Assembly: GCA_965214095.1 (NCBI GenBank)
Contig: OZ243938.1
Span: 4,160,001-4,224,000, forward strand
Length of the DNA stretch: 64,000 nt
From: Candidatus Poribacteria bacterium
GTDB taxonomy: Bacteria; Poribacteria; WGA-4E; WGA-3G
Reading direction: 5' to 3'
The notes beneath the pieces were generated by a model, which made no database searches, had not been told where the DNA came from, and worked only from the letters and a program-made list of their open reading frames with translations. Positions 40,153 through 48,917 of this stretch are shown in pieces (position 1 is the stretch's first letter; every line of letters starts with the position of its first letter). Both the position numbers and the translations under genes were made by a program.

Positions 40153-41640
40153 CATAGGCGTCAATTTAAGGATGCACCAAGACCGATAAGTGTCAACTTT
40201 TAATCAGAGGAAGTATAAATTATGAAATAAAACTTCTGTAAAAATGAAAACACCTCATATATAATGTAGATATAGATTTATTATGGTCTACAAAGAGGTG
40301 TTTCCTAATGAATACATTATCACAAGTTCCCAAAGAAATGCAACATATTCTTACAACTATAGCCAATGATGCAGCTCTCAATACAGGTTTTGTCAAAAGA
40401 AGTTGTAAACTCAACGGTAGTCGTTTTGCTCAAATACTCATTTGGACTTGGTTAGAAAACCCAGATGCCACCTATACACAACTTGCGCAAACCGCTGGTG
40501 TGCTGGGGATTTCAATCTCACGACAAGCCATTGAACAACGATTTACATCTGAAGCAGCAGAGACCCTGAAAGTTATCCTTGATGCTACTGCGTCCAAGGT
40601 TATTTCTGCCGACCCGCAAACGCTTCCGCTCCTTGAAAAGTTCACTGGTGTCTATTTACAAGATAGTTCTTGGATTACACTCCCTGATGTGCTCCACGAA
40701 ACTTGGGAAGGTGGAAGCAAAAAGAATAAACCGAACACAGCTGCCGTGAAACTCCACCTGCGTTTTGATAGTGCCACAGGCACTTTTGAACACTTTGAAC
40801 TGACCAATGGTATCACCGCTGATAGTGCTATTGAAAAGCAGATTGACATGCTACCCGCCGGCAGTTTGCGCCTCGCAGACCTCGGCTATTATTCACTTGA
40901 TACCTTCAAAAGACTTTCCGATGCAAACGTCTTTTGGATATCACGCTACAAAGTCCAGTGTTTTCTCTATGATGAAACAGGTGACCCTTTTTGTTTGCTA
41001 AAATGGCTCAAGAAGGGTTCTAATAACTTCAAGGACAAACAAATCTTTATAGGTAAAAACAAGCGTCTCAAAGCACGATTAGTTGTTCAAAGACTTTCAG
41101 AAACAGAAACCCAACAGCGTATTAAGGAGATAAAACATCGTGCAAAGCGGAAGTATACGAAACCTTCACCCAAACGACTTCAGCTCGCAAGATGGAATAT
41201 CTACATTACTAATATAAAAGTAGACCATCTGACTGCTGAACAGATTTGTGCTGTCGCACGCATCCGATGGCAGGTTGAGTTGATGTTCAAGTGCTTCAAA
41301 AGCATTGGAAAAGTTGATACCTCCCGTAGCGACAAGCCATATAGAATCTTATGTGAGTTATATGCAAAACTCATCGTCGCAATTATGCGGCACTGGATCA
41401 TGTTAAGGGTCGGTTGGCGATGTCTAAAACATAGTCTAACAAAAACAGCAGAACTTATTAGCACCTTCGCACGCACACTTGCAATAGGTTTCCGCAAGTC
41501 TATAATGTCTTTTCGGCAAACTTTTGATGAAATAAAACACGCTTTCCAAAATGGGTGCTACATTGAGAGACGTGCTAATAGAGACACAACATTAGAACAC
41601 CTTGAAAATGCAGCAAAAAATCACTAAATTGACGCCTATG
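40153..41640 (+). mobile_element. IS4-family insertion sequence (1488 bp)
   Basis: Perfect TIRs CATAGGCGTCAATTTA/TAAATTGACGCCTATG; flanking direct repeat GGTATGATTATATAACGCAC at 40133-40152 and 41641-41660. Confidence 0.95.
40308..41627 (+). CDS. IS4-family DDE transposase
   Basis: LQDSS, LADLGY, RWQVELMFK; stop codon lies in the right TIR. Confidence 0.93.
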   Translation: MNTLSQVPKEMQHILTTIANDAALNTGFVKRSCKLNGSRFAQILIWTWLENPDATYTQLAQTAGVLGISISRQAIEQRFTSEAAETLKVILDATASKVISADPQTLPLLEKFTGVYLQDSSWITLPDVLHETWEGGSKKNKPNTAAVKLHLRFDSATGTFEHFELTNGITADSAIEKQIDMLPAGSLRLADLGYYSLDTFKRLSDANVFWISRYKVQCFLYDETGDPFCLLKWLKKGSNNFKDKQIFIGKNKRLKARLVVQRLSETETQQRIKEIKHRAKRKYTKPSPKRLQLARWNIYITNIKVDHLTAEQICAVARIRWQVELMFKCFKSIGKVDTSRSDKPYRILCELYAKLIVAIMRHWIMLRVGWRCLKHSLTKTAELISTFARTLAIGFRKSIMSFRQTFDEIKHAFQNGCYIERRANRDTTLEHLENAAKNH

Positions 41641-42171
41641 GGTATGATTATATAACGCACATACATAAAAGTCAACATCAAATCCTTCAGTATAGCAATG
41701 CTTTAATATATGTGGGTCGTGTGTTCCGATTCCAACTGCACAACCGAGTTCACGAATGCGTTTTAGGTTGTCATGAATTGTATGGAGTTTTCCTTCAGCA
41801 AACAACATGTCGGTTGTGCCACCGTGATGATAGATAGCAATGGGATTATATCGTTCGATGATTTGTAGATAATCGTTAAGACTGTTATATTCTGATGACT
41901 TTGGGGTTTGGGCAATCCACTGAATTTTACCACCAGTATTCCAATATTCATTGAGTGTACGCATAATATGCTTATCTGCACGAGCAAGCACGGTGTTGAT
42001 GCCATTCTGTTCTGCTTGTGTAAGGTCTGAAATTATTTGGTTTGTGGTATAGTAATCCTCCATTGCTTTTGAAGCAGCAATGGAATGGTGAGATATACCA
42101 CTATATGGATTCCCACCGATAATCAGACGGGTGATATGATGTGATGCGATTTGAATAGTTGGCAGTTTCAC
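41641..42171 (-). pseudogene. 5' fragment of an aldo/keto-reductase-like (TIM barrel) gene
   Basis: ITRLIIGGNPYSG..., interrupted at CALYNHT; rejoined ORF is ~265 aa. Confidence 0.85.
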
Positions 42172-42225
42172 TGGTGGTTTTCCTCAATCTGTTGAAGGTG
42201 GATCAATTCCTATCCAAGTGTTTGT

Positions 42226-43485
42226 TCATTGTTGTGAATTTTTTGGTGTTGCTATGAGATACACATAATCCTCACCTACAGTTAGGCTCTTGGGGTGGTT
42301 TTCCTGTAATGATGTTAGTGATAGAAATTCGGGTCTATATGTAAAGAATTCATCCTCAACTGATGACAACCATAATATTGAAAGAAAACCTTTTGCATTT
42401 AGGACATAAAGCAGATTACCTGAAATTTGAAAATCAGTGATAGAACCCATAAATTGTTTATCTTTAGAATTTATCGTTCCGTTGGAGGATACAAGTTTAA
42501 ACTGCTGTAGATTCGTTGTTTCTTCTCTTTCATTAGTATCATCTGATTTTCTGATTGTGGAAGTTAGTTCTGTCTGTGATGAGAGATAGTCAAGATAATC
42601 TCTGTGAATATTGACAAGAGTGGCACCAGTCCGTGTGAGGTGTGGTCGGTCACCTCTTGCAATATAACCTGCATTGTATACCGTAATATGATCTGTTGAT
42701 GTATTCAGTTTTGCCACTCCGACAAATGCAGATGAAGAGCGAACAGAGACATCTTTGCTGTTTTTGATTTGCAAAAAATAACGATCTGTCAGTAAACCTT
42801 GTGTCAACTCATGAGGATAACTTGATTGGCTTGTCAATGGATATTTAACCTGTTCAACCATCTGGCTAGCGTTTTTCGGATATATAAACCTCCAACGATC
42901 AGACAATTTTGCTGTTCTAATGTGTTTAGGTTGTTCATCTCCTCTTGTAAAGACATACAGCGTATTGTTTTCACCCATTACATAGAGAAATGTGTCCCAA
43001 ACATCAAAATCGATGATTGGATTGCGATTAGTTAGATGTTTGGTAACATGAAGAATAGGTTGTGATGGTTCTGATATATCAATGAAATGAAGTTCGTTTT
43101 TTGATCCAACGACAAGAAGACTTTTAAAAACAACAACCTTACCAATTCGATTTTCAAATTCTAAAGATTTCAGGTAGACAGGTTGTTTTGGCGTTGATAC
43201 ATCAATTGTATGTAAGTGGTTTTCAGTAGTAAAGTATGCGTGATTTTCATCAATAACGACATTGTTGTCTGGATTGATGGGATATGGAATTCGAATAGAA
43301 GTAGTGAGTGTTGGATTTTCAATATCTGTTGTATCTACCACAGTGAAAATAGTTTCTTGCGGTTTATCTTCTATAACTGTTTCGGGAGTCTGCTGAAGGA
43401 CACTCAAGCTGCAACCAATATTTAGGATTGCAGTTAACGTTATGAAGGTATAGGTAAGAATTGAAATTGCATTGGTTCTTCGCAC
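42226..43485 (-). CDS. LVIVD-repeat-like lipoprotein
   Basis: Lipobox NIGC; TVVDTTDIENP, TIDVSTPKQP, FIDISEPSQP repeats. Confidence 0.72.
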   Translation of the reverse strand: MRRTNAISILTYTFITLTAILNIGCSLSVLQQTPETVIEDKPQETIFTVVDTTDIENPTLTTSIRIPYPINPDNNVVIDENHAYFTTENHLHTIDVSTPKQPVYLKSLEFENRIGKVVVFKSLLVVGSKNELHFIDISEPSQPILHVTKHLTNRNPIIDFDVWDTFLYVMGENNTLYVFTRGDEQPKHIRTAKLSDRWRFIYPKNASQMVEQVKYPLTSQSSYPHELTQGLLTDRYFLQIKNSKDVSVRSSSAFVGVAKLNTSTDHITVYNAGYIARGDRPHLTRTGATLVNIHRDYLDYLSSQTELTSTIRKSDDTNEREETTNLQQFKLVSSNGTINSKDKQFMGSITDFQISGNLLYVLNAKGFLSILWLSSVEDEFFTYRPEFLSLTSLQENHPKSLTVGEDYVYLIATPKNSQQ

Positions 43486-43526
43486 TGTTTTGATCTCCTC
43501 ATCGTATTCTGTATTGTCTATGTATG

Positions 43527-43542
43527 AGCAATATTTGTGCCA
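43527..43542 (-). promoter_or_regulatory. sigma54 (-24/-12) promoter
   Basis: Minus strand TGGCAC-AAATA-TTGCT, about 40 bp upstream of the start. Confidence 0.75.
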
Positions 43543-43737
43543 GTTTTATGTAGTCCGAAATCGTGGATTTATTGACATTTCAATAACCTAATTGTACATA
43601 TAGGGGCAAACGAAAATAAAAAATGTACATTTTTGTGCAAAAATTCAATAATAGCATATAATGAATATCGTGTTTTAGCAGTTCAAAAAATACTGAGTGT
43701 ATCTTGAAAGAACACGGAACACAAAAAAATGTTCGAG

Positions 43738-43821
43738 GCGCAATAAATTGCGCGACTGCGAGCCTGTGTTCTCGACACTTTGTGGGATTCAGAATATCGG
43801 GGTTAGAAACCCTTCCGACAA
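43738..43821. repeat. Two degenerate REP-like palindromes
   Basis: GCGCAATAAATTGCGC and GGGTTAGAAACCC hairpins. Confidence 0.55.
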
Positions 43822-43930
43822 GAGGTAGAATGCTATAAGAATAATTCTGTTGATTTCAAATCGTATTTCAAATAGAATATGGTATTATATATGGATTGTT
43901 AAATAGTCATTGAAAAGGACTGAAACACGC

Positions 43931-44386
43931 ATGAATATCCTCGTTCTACACGGACCCAATTTACATCTATTGGGTAGACGACAACCAGAGATTTACGGAG
44001 TCCAAACATTACAGGACATCAATAAAATCCTCGATCAGTTTGTTGCAGCATCTCCGCACGATGTTGTGTTGAAAATAGTGCAATCTAACCATGAAGGTGA
44101 GATCGTATCCATAATCGGAGACCATATAGATTGGGCGGATGGCATTCTGATTAACCCAGCTGCATATACGCATACAAGCATTGCTATCCGTGATGCGCTT
44201 TCAACTGTCGGTGTGCCAGTGATAGAGATTCACCTATCCAATATATATGCCCGTGAAGAATTTCGGCATCATTCGTATATATCGGGGGTTGCGGAAGGTG
44301 TTGTTGGGGGATTTGGTGCGTATAGTTACATCCTTGCCCTTCAAGCGATGATACATATTCTTGGTCCGACTGTGGACGATAATTGA
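43931..44386 (+). CDS. aroQ: Type II 3-dehydroquinate dehydratase
   Basis: HGPNLHLLGRRQPEIYG, QSNHEG, INPAAYTHTS, EIHLSN. Confidence 0.96.
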   Translation: MNILVLHGPNLHLLGRRQPEIYGVQTLQDINKILDQFVAASPHDVVLKIVQSNHEGEIVSIIGDHIDWADGILINPAAYTHTSIAIRDALSTVGVPVIEIHLSNIYAREEFRHHSYISGVAEGVVGGFGAYSYILALQAMIHILGPTVDDN

Positions 44387-44399
44387 AAAGGAATTGCAT

Positions 44400-45545
44400 T
44401 TGAAAGAAAAGCCGTTTATACCTTTTAGCCGACCGTGGATAGATGAAACCGAAATAGAAGCCGTTAGCCAAGTTCTTGAATCAAAATGGATTAGTACAGG
44501 AGCACGTGTGCGTGAGTTTGAACGTGCTTTTGCTGAATATCTCGGTGTCAAGCATGCCATTGCAGTGAGTTCATGCACTGCAGCGTTACATCTCAGTCTT
44601 GTAGTTACGGGTATTGGTGTAGGTGACGAAGTTATCACAACGCCTTATACCTTCACTGCTACTGCTGAGGCGATCCGATATGTTGGTGCAAAACCTGTTT
44701 TCGTGGACATCAATCCAGAAACTTTGAATATTGATATAGAGAAGATTGAGTCAGCGGTAACGCCTCGGACAAAAGCGATTATTCCTGTTCATATTGCAGG
44801 ACTCCCTTGTGATATGGATGCGTTGCAAAAAATATGTGAAAAACATAATCTGGTGTTGATAGACGATGCTGCCCATGCTATTCCGACGAGATATAATGGC
44901 AGTTTTATAGGAAATATCGGGGATCTGTCATCATTCAGTTTTTATGCGAATAAAAATATGACTACTGGTGAAGGCGGGATGATTACGACAAATGATGATG
45001 CGCATGCTGAAACACTCAGAACGATGCGATTACACGGTATAGACAAAGATGCTTGGGCACGTCAGTCAAAACGAAGTATTTGGCGATACGACATTACCTC
45101 TGAAGGTTACAAATACAATATGACCGATATTCAAGCTGCTATGGGTCTGTGTCAATTGATGAAGCTCAACAAACAGCATGAACGTCGTCAGAAGTTTTCG
45201 GAAATCTATAACACAGAATTGCGAAAATACTCTCAAATTAAGACACCGTATTATCCGGAAAATGCAAATGAACATGCGTGGCATCTGTATATAATCCAAC
45301 TACAATCAGGCAATCGTGATGATTTTGTTGAATCCTTGCGTGAAGAAAAGATAGAATGTAGTGTCCATTATATCCCATTACATCTTTTTGATTTTTATCA
45401 GAAGCAATATGGGTATAATGTTGGTGATTTTCCGAATGCAGAGGCAGTATTTGAACGTGTTGTTAGTCTCCCCTTGCATCCTGGTTTAACTGAGTCTGAT
45501 GTGTTTCTTGTGATAGAGACTATAGGTAAAGTTTTGGATTCATAG
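44400..45545 (+). CDS. DegT/DnrJ/EryC1/StrS sugar aminotransferase
   Basis: SSCTAALH, DDAAHA, SFYANKNMTTGEGG. Confidence 0.93.
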   Translation: MKEKPFIPFSRPWIDETEIEAVSQVLESKWISTGARVREFERAFAEYLGVKHAIAVSSCTAALHLSLVVTGIGVGDEVITTPYTFTATAEAIRYVGAKPVFVDINPETLNIDIEKIESAVTPRTKAIIPVHIAGLPCDMDALQKICEKHNLVLIDDAAHAIPTRYNGSFIGNIGDLSSFSFYANKNMTTGEGGMITTNDDAHAETLRTMRLHGIDKDAWARQSKRSIWRYDITSEGYKYNMTDIQAAMGLCQLMKLNKQHERRQKFSEIYNTELRKYSQIKTPYYPENANEHAWHLYIIQLQSGNRDDFVESLREEKIECSVHYIPLHLFDFYQKQYGYNVGDFPNAEAVFERVVSLPLHPGLTESDVFLVIETIGKVLDS

Positions 45546-45571
45546 TTGAATTTAGATAGTACATTTCTGTT

Positions 45572-46090
45572 ATGTCAAATGCTAAACTCTATCAAATCAT
45601 TCCCAGTGAAGTATGTTTTTCTTGTGATGTATGTTGTCGGTTTTTGGAGTCAGACAGTCCACTCGCACCAATCTTCACAAAAGATGAGAAACAATGCCTG
45701 TTATCACAAGGAACAGATGCCTCTTTATTCCGCCATAGAGAGGATGGAATCAGTTCACAAATTGCGTTAAAACCGTATAAAGACTATTATATCTGTCCAT
45801 TCTTTGAAACAGAAACAAATAAGTGTTCTATCTACGCTTATCGTCCACTTGATTGCCAACTTTATCCTTTCGCGCTGATGTATAATGAAGACCGAAGTAG
45901 TGTTGTGTTGGGTGTTGATATGCTTTGCCCTCATTCGGAAGCGTATTTTGAGACAGACGTGTTTCAACAGCATTTGCAATTAATCATAGACTACATTGAG
46001 ACAGATAAGGTGAAGCAGATAATTGCAACACACTGGAGTCTTATAGGAACCTATCAAGACACAGTGAAGGTATTTCATACGCTCAATTAA
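45572..46090 (+). CDS. YkgJ-family CxxCxxCC (Zn/Fe-chelating) protein
   Basis: CFSCDVCC, CPFF, CSIY..RPLDCQLYPF. Confidence 0.85.
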   Translation: MSNAKLYQIIPSEVCFSCDVCCRFLESDSPLAPIFTKDEKQCLLSQGTDASLFRHREDGISSQIALKPYKDYYICPFFETETNKCSIYAYRPLDCQLYPFALMYNEDRSSVVLGVDMLCPHSEAYFETDVFQQHLQLIIDYIETDKVKQIIATHWSLIGTYQDTVKVFHTLN

Positions 46091-46099
46091 GATTCCTGT

Positions 46100-47014
46100 A
46101 TGGAACTACACCCATTAACCCTTAAATCAAAATCTGTTTTCGATTCGTTTGCTTCCAGAATAGGGACGCAGCTTGCGAGTTATGCTTTTGCTCCACATTA
46201 TATATGGAGTCAGCATTTTGAGTATTATTGGACTATAATAGCGGATCATTTCTGTGTTTTTGCAGAATATGGAGAAGACTATTTTTTACCAATTCTACCA
46301 ATTGGACAACCTTTTTCTTATGAAGTTGCAATAGCGGCATTCAACTATTGCTTGGAATCAAATAAGAATCCACAGATTGCACGTATTGAGAATGTGCCAG
46401 AGTCGTTTCTTTTGGATTTTAGAAGCGAGAAGTATCATATTGTTCAGAAAGAGACAGAATATATTTATAGAACTGAAAATCTTGTAAATTTGAGTGGGAG
46501 TGGATATAAGAGCAAAAGAAATGCTTATAATGCTTTTGTCGCACGTTATCCTTCAGCAAAACTGACACCCTTTCATAAGGATGATATGGAGACGTGCTTT
46601 GAATTGTATGATTGCTGGCACAGATCACGTGCTGAATGTTGTGACGACGAGATTTATCTTGCAATGCTTGCTGATTCTGGAAGTGCCCATAGAATAGGGA
46701 TAACACATGCACAGGACCTTGGTCTGATTGGTAGCGTTGTCCGTATTGAAGGTGAAATCAAAGCATATACTTTTGGTTATCCATTGAACTCGGATATGTT
46801 TTGTGTGCTTTTTGAAATATCCGATCTAAGTATCCATGGACTCGCGCAGTTTATCTACCGTGAATTCTGTAGAGTCTTAATGCAAAAATATAAGTGGGTA
46901 AACGCGATGGACGATTCTGGCTTAGAAAACCTGAAACGAGTGAAACAATCCTATCACCCTGCAGACTTGCTTCCATCCTATACCGTATATGAAAACCGCA
47001 TTGATATTTCTTAA
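46100..47014 (+). CDS. DUF2156 (MprF/FemX-like GNAT-fold) protein
   Basis: EYIY...LSGSGYKSKRN, NAMDDSGLENLKRVKQSYHP. Confidence 0.82.
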   Translation: MELHPLTLKSKSVFDSFASRIGTQLASYAFAPHYIWSQHFEYYWTIIADHFCVFAEYGEDYFLPILPIGQPFSYEVAIAAFNYCLESNKNPQIARIENVPESFLLDFRSEKYHIVQKETEYIYRTENLVNLSGSGYKSKRNAYNAFVARYPSAKLTPFHKDDMETCFELYDCWHRSRAECCDDEIYLAMLADSGSAHRIGITHAQDLGLIGSVVRIEGEIKAYTFGYPLNSDMFCVLFEISDLSIHGLAQFIYREFCRVLMQKYKWVNAMDDSGLENLKRVKQSYHPADLLPSYTVYENRIDIS

Positions 47015-47711
47015 TGGATATTATAATACACGTCATCTGGACTTTTATCGGCAAGAAGTCGTGTGTGCTGTGAAAAACAGTTACCCGCTTATTTGTGCTG
47101 ATGGTGGTATTCGTATCTTTGATCTTTTGAATAATGATGAAGGAAAACCTATCATCCCTGATGTGCTAATTGGTGATATGGATTCAGTTAAAGGAAATCA
47201 AGTTGAAGCAAAGCAGATTATTGAAGAATGGGTTGGACAAATTGATAAAGATATGACGGATGGACAGTTAGCGGTGAAATATGCTTTGGATACATATAGT
47301 TGCAGCCATATTATCCTGTATGGTGGGTTACCGAAACCGGGAGGATATGAAACGGATCATTTTCTTGGGAATCTGAAGTTAATGCGGTTTGGACATTTTC
47401 ATACTAAGGAAAAACATGAGGACTACAAAGTTGAAATGCGTGATCCGTATCAGACGATTCATTATGTGTTATCAGGATTAGATTTAATGCGTAAGAATAA
47501 GGGACTGCAAAGAGTATCGCTTATAGCCGAAGAACCGCATGTAGTTGTAAAGAGTAGTGAAAATCTACGATGGGATTTGACGTCCCTTCATATACATCCT
47601 GACTTGTCAAACGCACTTCGCAATGAATTTGTAGAAGGTGCGGAACATGTGAAGATAGAATTAACGGAAGAGTCCGCACCTGTCTATGTGATTCACAATT
47701 GGTATGATTAG
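46989..47711 (+). CDS. Thiamine pyrophosphokinase-like protein
   Basis: CADGG, IGDMDS, KDMTDG, DHFLGN. Confidence 0.72.
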   Translation: MKTALIFLNGYYNTRHLDFYRQEVVCAVKNSYPLICADGGIRIFDLLNNDEGKPIIPDVLIGDMDSVKGNQVEAKQIIEEWVGQIDKDMTDGQLAVKYALDTYSCSHIILYGGLPKPGGYETDHFLGNLKLMRFGHFHTKEKHEDYKVEMRDPYQTIHYVLSGLDLMRKNKGLQRVSLIAEEPHVVVKSSENLRWDLTSLHIHPDLSNALRNEFVEGAEHVKIELTEESAPVYVIHNWYD

Positions 47712-48670
47712 GAGTCGATTAGGATATTCTTGAGTGTCTGGATATCGATATTCCCTCCACTCATAATCATGACCACATTTTGTCCCTTTAATTCATCAGC
47801 AAGTTTAAATGCTGCTGCGAGTGCAGCAACCCCAGCCCCTTCTGCTAAATTATGAGTATATCGTAGTGCTGATAGTATTGCTTCTTGGATTTCATCTTCA
47901 CTGACTAATATAATGTCGTGGACTCCACTTTTGATGATTGAGAACGGTATTGGGAAAGGTACACGTGTTGCCAGACCGTCTGCGATAGTATCACATGTAT
48001 CGGTTTCAACATACTTTCCTGTTTTCCAAGTGCGGTAAATTGCGGGAGCATTCTCAGCCTGAACACCGATGATATTTACTGTGGGATTTATTGCCTTTGC
48101 GACGGTAATTGCCCCGCTTATACCACTCCCACCACCGATAGGAACAATAATCGTATCAACATTGGGTAGGTCTTCAAAGATTTCAAGAGAATATGTGCCT
48201 ACACCGTGTACGAGTTCAGGTTCCATACATGGGTGAATGTAGTATAAACCACGTTCATCTTTTATTTTTTCACACAATGCGCGTGCTTCATCAAAATCAT
48301 CTCCATGTTCAATTAATTCTGCACCATAAGCCTGCATTGCAGAGTTTTTTTCTGGATTATTTCCGTGTGGAACAACGATAGTCGCTTTTACGCCGAACAG
48401 TGCTGCAGCATAAGCGATAGACTGCCCGTGATTGCCGCGTGTTGCAGTAATTACACCTTGTTTTTTGTTTGCAGCAGGTAATTTAGACATAAAATTAATT
48501 CCGCCACGCACTTTGAAACTTCTTGTAGGGAGATGATTCTCATGTTTGATGTATGCTTCAAATCCCAGTTTATCAGATAATTCATGATAGTATCGTAATG
48601 GTGAAGGTTTTAGGTAATTGTATACAATTTGTCTTGCTGTAACAATTCCGTGTAATGAAACAGTATGCAT
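47708..48670 (-). CDS. PLP-dependent threonine/serine dehydratase family protein
   Basis: SFKVRG, GNHG, PIGGGSG, SGGN. Confidence 0.9.
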   Translation of the reverse strand: MHTVSLHGIVTARQIVYNYLKPSPLRYYHELSDKLGFEAYIKHENHLPTRSFKVRGGINFMSKLPAANKKQGVITATRGNHGQSIAYAAALFGVKATIVVPHGNNPEKNSAMQAYGAELIEHGDDFDEARALCEKIKDERGLYYIHPCMEPELVHGVGTYSLEIFEDLPNVDTIIVPIGGGSGISGAITVAKAINPTVNIIGVQAENAPAIYRTWKTGKYVETDTCDTIADGLATRVPFPIPFSIIKSGVHDIILVSEDEIQEAILSALRYTHNLAEGAGVAALAAAFKLADELKGQNVVMIMSGGNIDIQTLKNILIDS

Positions 48671-48684
48671 TTTTCTCCTATTTG

Positions 48685-48726
48685 TTGTTATTTGTTAGTT
48701 GTTATTTGTTAGTTGTTATTTGTTAG
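48685..48726. repeat. Tandem repeat 3 x TTGTTATTTGTTAG
   Basis: Three perfect 14-bp units just upstream of the dehydratase RBS. Confidence 0.9.
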
Positions 48727-48854
48727 TTGAAGAGTTTAGTTTACAGTCATTATGTTATAATATTTTTGAAATTAAAAACAGATATATTATACCATAATCC
48801 TTACCAAATTGGTAATCATTTTTATGTTTCGGACACTTCTATTAAATTATTGTA

Positions 48855-48884
48855 TTGACAGTGACCACTTTATCAAGATATAAT
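48855..48884 (+). promoter_or_regulatory. sigma70 promoter of the VWA/DUF4159/DUF4175 operon
   Basis: TTGACA-18-TATAAT. Confidence 0.68.
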
Positions 48885-48917
48885 GTCTATAGATTACATT
48901 GAGAAAGCATACACATA

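Noticed and set aside
41575-41640. C-terminus HRRQF... of the 198-aa ORF
   Set aside because: Read-through into the IS right end, not native coding sequence
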